The notes under the pieces are model-generated. The model ran no database searches and was not told where the DNA came from. It was given only the letters and a program-made list of their open reading frames with translations. A DNA stretch of 64,000 nucleotides from Candidatus Sericytochromatia bacterium (GTDB lineage Bacteria > Cyanobacteriota > Sericytochromatia > UBA7694): positions 274,753 through 338,752 of the forward strand of contig JADMKE010000003.1 of NCBI GenBank assembly GCA_018780035.1, read 5' to 3'. This document shows, in pieces, positions 58,560 through 64,000 of this stretch (position 1 is its first letter; each line of letters starts with the position of its first letter). The position numbers and the translations under genes were made by a program.

Positions 58560-58740
58560 AAAAATACCCCATATTTTTCTGGTTGTAAATTTAGCATAAC
58601 ACAGAAAAATTGGATAATTTTTTTTGTTTTTATAATAAATTTATTGAAAAAATATTTATTTCAATATTTATTTCGATTATAAATTTAATAATAATATTTA
58701 TTGTTGATTTTTGTTTTTTAAGATTAAATCAAAAGTTTTG
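58560..58740 (-). promoter_or_regulatory. Strongly AT-rich promoter-like region upstream of the CBS-domain gene
   Basis: 'ttttataataaatttattgaaaaaatatttatttcaatatttatttcgattataaatttaataataatatttattg' directly 5' of the minus-strand start at 58557. Confidence 0.3.
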
Positions 58741-59237
58741 CCCGAACCCAATTGTCCCTGGACATGGATCTGCTCACCTTTTAATTGAGCTTGCCATTGG
58801 CTTATACCTTGACCGGGATACTCTTTTTGCAGCTCAGTTTGTACCCAGATTCCATCGCACTGCCTCCAGCCCGGAAAATCTTGATTCAATTCGGTCAAAG
58901 GCACTCGGTAAAGATTTTCCACCAAGCGACGGTCGTCAAAAATCCCCGCAAAACGGGGATAGCCAAAATAGACAAATTGGGCATCTTCGTGCAGAATCAT
59001 CCAATTGCCCACCTGGGCTTTGCGCAGGCGGTTTTGCATTCTATCGTTAAAAAATTGGCTGACATTGACCGATATTGCCTGTTTTTGCCATTCCTGTTTG
59101 TGGGGCACTTCTTCGACCTGAAAACCCTGCTGCCAAGGGGTGCAGGCTGTAGCCGCAGAAATCATTGTTAAGGTGATTGATGTAGCTTTCCACAGGTTGT
59201 GGATGAGTGTAACAACGTATTTATTGGCTATTTTCAT
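58698..59237 (-). CDS. Secreted hypothetical protein, translationally coupled to the TOPRIM-like gene
   Basis: Signal peptide 'MKIANKYVVTLIHNLWKATSITLTMISAATA'. Its start ATG overlaps the upstream stop as ATGA. Confidence 0.35.
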   Translation of the reverse strand: MKIANKYVVTLIHNLWKATSITLTMISAATACTPWQQGFQVEEVPHKQEWQKQAISVNVSQFFNDRMQNRLRKAQVGNWMILHEDAQFVYFGYPRFAGIFDDRRLVENLYRVPLTELNQDFPGWRQCDGIWVQTELQKEYPGQGISQWQAQLKGEQIHVQGQLGSGKTFDLILKNKNQQ

Positions 59238-59896
59238 GGGCTATCCTCACTGCCTTCGAGGGAAAATTCTGGCTGTTGATTTTTTTGTGATAAAGAGCGT
59301 AATTTATTGAGAAAATAGACTGCACTTGGACAAGCCGGGTGTGCTGCCGCTCTTTCTATCGAAAAGTGAAAACTATTGAGCATTTTTTTGCTAAAACTAA
59401 TTTTTGAGCTGCCTGTGCCATGCCCTGCAAATCGTTTGCTAAGCTCATGTAAATAATCCCAAGGACGACCTGGCACCAATTCAGGCTCAAGTTCGTAGTG
59501 GAGCCTATTTAACCAAGCACTCATAGCTTGGCTATCTGCCAAATACCAGGATTCAAGAGATTTTCGTGCAATACAAACAAAAACGGAATCAGGAGCTTGA
59601 ATGCGGCTTCTTACGGCGGTATAACATGGGGCGTCATCCAAATCTGTTAGCAAAATAACATGCTCTGGCGCTGGGTTACGACGCTCGATTAAACTTAAAT
59701 AGCTTTTTAGTTTATCAGGTTTTAAAAAATTGCCATTTCCTTGAGCGTCTATAACAGGTTCAGATAATTCTAGACCATGGCATTTTAGCCATGTCTTAAA
59801 GGCCTGAGACTCTATCAAAATGCGTTCAGATCCCCCTTCTACTACAAACCCCAGCTTTACCATGGCAAACCAGCGCCAAAAGCATTGCTCAACCAA
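59234..59896 (-). CDS. TOPRIM-like protein (OLD-family C-terminal/DUF4276-like)
   Basis: 'LGFVVEGGSERIL' gives the conserved TOPRIM Glu. 'ILLTDLDDAP' gives the DxD motif. The start may be the internal 'MVKLGF' at 59863, 1 nt after the ATPase stop. Confidence 0.5.
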   Translation of the reverse strand: MVEQCFWRWFAMVKLGFVVEGGSERILIESQAFKTWLKCHGLELSEPVIDAQGNGNFLKPDKLKSYLSLIERRNPAPEHVILLTDLDDAPCYTAVRSRIQAPDSVFVCIARKSLESWYLADSQAMSAWLNRLHYELEPELVPGRPWDYLHELSKRFAGHGTGSSKISFSKKMLNSFHFSIERAAAHPACPSAVYFLNKLRSLSQKNQQPEFSLEGSEDSP

Positions 59897-61044
59897 ACTT
59901 CACTCATACTCAGGTCAATGTCTTTTAAATCAAGGTCGCGTGCAGCCACAAATCGTGTTTTGCCTTCAATTTTATCTACCAACCAGAGTTCTTCTGGTTT
60001 GAGTTGATTAATCAAATGGGTATCATGGGTAGTCAGCCAGACTGGATGATTTTCATGTGCTTGAGAGCGAAAAAAAGCTACCAATTCTTGAGTCGCTTTG
60101 GGATGCAAGCCATTTTCAGGCTCCTCAATTAAGCTCCAACCATAAGTGGGAACACTGTAAATGCTCATTAACAAAGACAATAAGTTAATCGTGCCATCTG
60201 AAAGTAATTGAGCAGGCACTGGATCTTTGAGATATTGTTCCTTTAAAAGCAAATAAAACTGATGATCCAAAAGATTCAATTGTGAGATTAAAGAGGTTCC
60301 GCCTGGTACAACCAATTTCAACCAATCGATTAACTCATTCAAGTTATGTCCGCTATTGACGTGTTGTGAAATGACCAAAGCCAAATTACTGCCATCTTCT
60401 TTCAAAATTTGACGCGCTTTTGTCTCGGGGTATGGCAAACGCCCTTGTTGGGGACTTAGCATAAAGCGGTAAATATTACTCAGAATTGTTGCGGGCAATG
60501 AAGTATAAGGGCTGATCAGCAGAATCGATTTATCTTGACTCAAAGAAACTACTTCATGTTTATTCGGTTCAGGACTAAAGTGCACACTGTCTTTGCCTCT
60601 ATCGCGATAAGCCTGAACCCAAGCACTCGGTGATTCTGGGACAACTGTTGAATTCTGAATTTGATTAAGCCTAGGAGATTCCAGCTGTTCTTCAATCTCA
60701 ATTTTTTCACCATCTAAATTGTATAAATTGAGGTGATAAGCATAATGAAGTTCACGCAATCCTTGGCCTTCAATATCCTGCTCTACCACAAAGCGAATTT
60801 TGAATCCCATCGTATCTGAATTATTGACTTTGCAGCGGATATTTTGGATTCCACCAGAAGCATCTATTGCTGCTTGTACTCCTTGTCGGGCCACCAGTCC
60901 AATGAAACGCATAGCTTCAAATAAATTGCTTTTGCCTGCACCATTGGGTCCGGCAAAGACGGAGAAGCAGGAGAGCCCCTCCAATCGAACATGTTCCAAG
61001 CTTTTAAAATGTTTAATCTCAAGGTAAACAATTTTTGTGATCAT
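59857..61044 (-). CDS. AAA_21/AAA_15-type ABC ATPase (OLD/AbiL/PARIS-AriA-like)
   Basis: Walker A 'FAGPNGAGKSNLFEAM', signature-like 'LSDGTINLLSLL', Walker B 'WSLIEEPENGLHP', H-loop 'VWLTTHDTHLI'. Confidence 0.65.
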   Translation of the reverse strand: MITKIVYLEIKHFKSLEHVRLEGLSCFSVFAGPNGAGKSNLFEAMRFIGLVARQGVQAAIDASGGIQNIRCKVNNSDTMGFKIRFVVEQDIEGQGLRELHYAYHLNLYNLDGEKIEIEEQLESPRLNQIQNSTVVPESPSAWVQAYRDRGKDSVHFSPEPNKHEVVSLSQDKSILLISPYTSLPATILSNIYRFMLSPQQGRLPYPETKARQILKEDGSNLALVISQHVNSGHNLNELIDWLKLVVPGGTSLISQLNLLDHQFYLLLKEQYLKDPVPAQLLSDGTINLLSLLMSIYSVPTYGWSLIEEPENGLHPKATQELVAFFRSQAHENHPVWLTTHDTHLINQLKPEELWLVDKIEGKTRFVAARDLDLKDIDLSMSEVWLSNAFGAGLPW

Positions 61045-61189
61045 CTATTTCGTCATTTCCACCCCCTTGAATTTTTTAGTGACCTGACCTGATGAGGGAG
61101 CAGGCGGACTTATATTCACATTTTAAGTGATTTTAGCAGTTCTAAACAGCTCTCATGATTAGGCGAAGATTTAAAATCAAATTCAATCC

Positions 61190-62383
61190 CTAAATTTCGG
61201 GCAGACAGAGATCCAGTGATGTGGCGACAGTGATCGCATCCAAACAGGTGGCGCTATCCAGTTGATTGAAGCGGTGGCGATCAAACCAAGCAGGGTTTTG
61301 CAAAACCGCAGTTTCAACTTGATTGAGGGCGGCTACCAAGATCTCAGGAGTCAGTCGCCGCTCGCTGTACCAGGCCAGACAGAGCGCCTGCACTTGCACT
61401 GCCAGGAGTGAAAAGGCCTGCAAAAAAGCAAATTGAAAAAGCGTTAATCCCTTGGCCTGCAGCGGATTGAGATTGAGCAGGCGGCGGGTTAGATAATTGC
61501 GCAAAACCGCGCTGAGGTGTTGCCTTTCGCTTTCTGAAACAGCAAAAGGCAGGCGATTCCCCTCTTTTAACTTGGCCAGAAAACGATCCAGTGCAGGGGC
61601 ACGAAAGGGATCCAGAACAGCAAACAATTCCAGGCATTCAGACCAACGCGGGGCTTTGGGCCCGGTGTCTTGGCGCCAAGCTTGGACCTGCCCATGATAC
61701 AACTGACTGAGCAAATCCAGCTCGGTCAGAAACAGGGGGTTGGCTGAGATCTGTTTTAAACTGAAAACGCTGCCTGCGAGACATCGCGCTGGGCTGATAC
61801 TGTGTTGCCAAATGCCTTCTAAAAGCAAACCGATCCAGGGTTGAAGCGGTTCAACAGGGGGGTGTTCCCACTGGTCAGGCCGTTTGACCATGCGCAAAAC
61901 CAATTCACCTGTTTCTTCCAACATGCGCGCAGCTGTTTTACATGAACTTTTTAATGAAGGGCTGTAGAGATTTCCGTGTAACGAAGCCTCGTGGGGATAG
62001 CGCTGGCAGATCTCGGGTTTGGCTTCGGCCCCATATTCTTTGTGAATAAAACAGAGATTGTCCTGATCTAAAAACAGACAGCGGTTACTGCCGGGCTGTT
62101 TGTTTAAGACGGCTCGCGTCCCCTCTGTAGCGGGCAAAAAAGGGTTTTTAAACCGGCCAGAGGGATGGTTGTCAAAGGTGGAATACCAATGGTCGTAATA
62201 GTCGGCATCCAGTTCAATATTCCAAGGCTGTTGACAACATTGCGCACATTGGCTGCACTCAAATTGATCTACCTGTTCGGGGTAGACCAACGCCAATAGT
62301 TCTGGCCTGGAGATGGCCTCTTGGGCCAGATCCCAAAACCAAGCAAAAAGTGTGGATCCTTCTGGGGCCCCCTGTAGATTCAT
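61190..62383 (-). CDS. YkgJ/UPF0153-like protein (CxxCxxCC Fe/Zn-binding domain)
   Basis: 'FECSQCAQCCQQPW' followed by 'CLFLDQDNLCFIH' and 'EICQRYPH'. Confidence 0.5.
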   Translation of the reverse strand: MNLQGAPEGSTLFAWFWDLAQEAISRPELLALVYPEQVDQFECSQCAQCCQQPWNIELDADYYDHWYSTFDNHPSGRFKNPFLPATEGTRAVLNKQPGSNRCLFLDQDNLCFIHKEYGAEAKPEICQRYPHEASLHGNLYSPSLKSSCKTAARMLEETGELVLRMVKRPDQWEHPPVEPLQPWIGLLLEGIWQHSISPARCLAGSVFSLKQISANPLFLTELDLLSQLYHGQVQAWRQDTGPKAPRWSECLELFAVLDPFRAPALDRFLAKLKEGNRLPFAVSESERQHLSAVLRNYLTRRLLNLNPLQAKGLTLFQFAFLQAFSLLAVQVQALCLAWYSERRLTPEILVAALNQVETAVLQNPAWFDRHRFNQLDSATCLDAITVATSLDLCLPEI

Positions 62384-62401
62384 CTCTACTCCTCTTTTAT
62401 C

Positions 62402-62788
62402 TTAATCGGCGACTGGGCTGGACCAAAGACCCAATATTTCAAGTTTGTGGGCCAACATATCTTGGGAAAAAGGCTTCATAATATATTCGTCGGCCCCGGC
62501 TTCTAACGCTTCAATGACTTTGGTTGTATCGACTTCTGCTGTCACGATCATGATTTTCGTTTTGGCATAAGTATGACTTTGATGAAGTTTTTTCAACAAT
62601 TCCAGGCCTGACATTTTGGGCATATGCCAGTCCAAAAGAATCAAATCCAGAGGCATGATCTCAGAAATTAAATTGAGGGCTTCGACGCCATCTTTAGCGA
62701 AAAAAATTTCTCGAAAACCCAATTCCTTTAAGAAGGTTTTCTCTAACATTTGGGTCAACGAATCGTCATCTACAACTAAAATTTTCAC
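62402..62788 (-). CDS. Stand-alone CheY-like response regulator (REC only)
   Basis: 'MKILVVDDDSLTQ', 'LILLDWHMPKMSG', 'IMIVTAE'. 128 aa. Confidence 0.7.
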   Translation of the reverse strand: MKILVVDDDSLTQMLEKTFLKELGFREIFFAKDGVEALNLISEIMPLDLILLDWHMPKMSGLELLKKLHQSHTYAKTKIMIVTAEVDTTKVIEALEAGADEYIMKPFSQDMLAHKLEILGLWSSPVAD

Positions 62789-62915
62789 TTCAAAATCCTT
62801 TTCAGCTGTTTATGCATGCACTCACTTTCGAATTTTAGCAGTTCTGTTTAGATCTGTCTTGATCATTTTTATATCAAAGTGATATCATATTGATATAAAT
62901 TTCTGGAGGTGTTCT

Positions 62916-63770
62916 ATGCAAAGAACCCACGATAAATCTGCTCTCAAGATCAACGGTTTTGTGGTTTTGCTCTTTATTCTGGGCGCTTTTTTGGCAGCCC
63001 TGTTGATGATGATGATCAAAGCACCGGTTTTGGCCGGGGTGATCATCTTGGGTTCGATCGTCTTTGGGTTTCCGGGGCTCTACAGTGTGGAACCCAACGA
63101 TTCCCGCGTGCTCAATTTTGCGGGCACGTACACGGGCACCGTCAAAGAAGCCGGTTTTTGGTGGTCCAATCCCTTTGCGATCAAGAAAAAAGTCACCCTG
63201 CGTGTGCGCAATTTTAACAGCGAAAAACTCAAAGTCAACGATGGCAATGGCAACCCGATTGAAATTGCTGCAGTGGTGGTCTGGAAGGTGATCAGCCCGG
63301 CCAGTGCCCTCTATGACGTCGAAGATTATGAGGAATTTGTGCATATCCAGAGCGAAACAGCGATTCGCAGCCTCTGTAATGAATACCCTTACGATCATTC
63401 TGAAACAGGGGGCATGACTTTGCGGGGCAACCCCGAAGAGGTGGCGGATACCTTGCAAAAAGAGCTGGAAGTTCGTCTCAGAGATGCGGGCGTTCAGGTG
63501 ATTGAGGCCCGTCTCAGCCATTTGGCGTATGCCCAAGAAATTGCCCAAGCCATGTTGCGTCGCCAACAGGCCCAAGCTGTGATTGCTGCCCGCAAACAAA
63601 TTGTCGAAGGCGCAGTGGGCATGGTCAAAATGGCCCTGCAACAATTGTCTGAGCAAAAAATTGTCGAACTCGACGATGAAAGAAAGGCCCAGATGGTGAA
63701 TAACCTGATGGTGGCACTGGTGTCTGAACAAGAAGCCCAGCCGATTATTAACGCAGGAAGTTTGTATTGA
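62916..63770 (+). CDS. SPFH/band-7 family membrane protein
   Basis: N-terminal TM helix, then an SPFH domain ('[34 protein letters not shown]') and a C-terminal coiled coil. Confidence 0.7.
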   Translation: MQRTHDKSALKINGFVVLLFILGAFLAALLMMMIKAPVLAGVIILGSIVFGFPGLYSVEPNDSRVLNFAGTYTGTVKEAGFWWSNPFAIKKKVTLRVRNFNSEKLKVNDGNGNPIEIAAVVVWKVISPASALYDVEDYEEFVHIQSETAIRSLCNEYPYDHSETGGMTLRGNPEEVADTLQKELEVRLRDAGVQVIEARLSHLAYAQEIAQAMLRRQQAQAVIAARKQIVEGAVGMVKMALQQLSEQKIVELDDERKAQMVNNLMVALVSEQEAQPIINAGSLY

Positions 63771-63776
63771 ACCCCG

Positions 63777-63971
63777 ATGCCGGCCAAAAAACAATTTTTG
63801 CTGCGCATGGATCCCCAGCTTTTCGCCCAATTGGAACACTGGGCAGGTGATGAGTTCCGCAGTGTGAATGCCCAAATTGAGTTTTTGCTGCGTGAGGCCC
63901 TGAAACGGGCGGGTCGATTAAAACACGAAGCAGAAACCCCAAAAGGAGAGCCTGCGGAGTCGGAAGACTAA
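63777..63971 (+). CDS. Arc/MetJ-type ribbon-helix-helix protein
   Basis: 'KQFLLRMDPQLFAQLEHWAGDEFRSVNAQIEFLLREAL' has RHH beta-alpha-alpha topology. 64 aa. Confidence 0.45.
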   Translation: MPAKKQFLLRMDPQLFAQLEHWAGDEFRSVNAQIEFLLREALKRAGRLKHEAETPKGEPAESED

Positions 63972-64000
63972 TTCTTTTGCCAGGGGCCGGGAGACATTCT

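Noticed and set aside
62874-63875. 333-aa minus-strand ORF opposite the SPFH gene
   Set aside because: The + strand has a recognisable band-7 domain and a TM helix. The antisense product is His/Gln-rich nonsense.

Overview
This 64 kb window is bacterial chromosomal DNA read with the standard genetic code: TAG ends uvrB and TGA/TAA end other conserved genes. It is mostly protein-coding, on both strands. I found no rRNA, CRISPR array, transposase or integrase. The gene content is regulatory and envelope-heavy.

Protein-coding content:
- Three eukaryotic-like Ser/Thr kinases, two of them adjacent paralogs fused to polytopic membrane modules.
- A three-gene phosphorelay operon: a CHASE3 hybrid histidine kinase, a REC-HK-REC hybrid kinase, and a receiver domain fused to an MgtE-type Mg2+-channel membrane domain.
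- Many secreted or lipoprotein beta-propeller and repeat proteins, including two tandem paralogs at the window start.
- Housekeeping genes: tatA, uvrB, lspA, rlmD, two aldehyde dehydrogenases, SDR and FAD oxidoreductases, and an FGE-sulfatase-domain protein.

Most unusual locus (about 37.4-40.1 kb):
- A 440-nt non-coding stretch that folds into several hairpins and ends in a terminator.
- Eight tandem tRNA-type genes on the + strand.
- A Ro60/TROVE-vWA gene (rsr) immediately downstream.
- Five of the eight tRNAs look canonical: Ser-GCT, Asn-GTT, Ala-TGC, Arg-TCT and Arg-CCG.
- The other three (anticodons TTT, ACG, GAT) each carry a near-identical 25-nt hairpin-forming insertion between T-loop positions 55 and 56.
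- The TTT gene also has a 54-nt hairpin insertion at anticodon-loop position 37/38.
- I know of no described bacterial tRNA intron of this kind. Its adjacency to rsr suggests either processed intervening sequences or Y-RNA-like tRNA mimics.

Other notable points:
- A candidate two- to three-gene antiphage cassette: an OLD-like ABC ATPase, a separate TOPRIM/DUF4276-like protein and a secreted protein, in a lower-GC patch.
- Three disrupted genes: an in-frame TAG in a GT1 glycosyltransferase, a +1 frameshift in blc lipocalin, and an SDR remnant.
- A 15-nt in-frame tandem repeat encoding (AQTEP)n in a CBS-domain protein.
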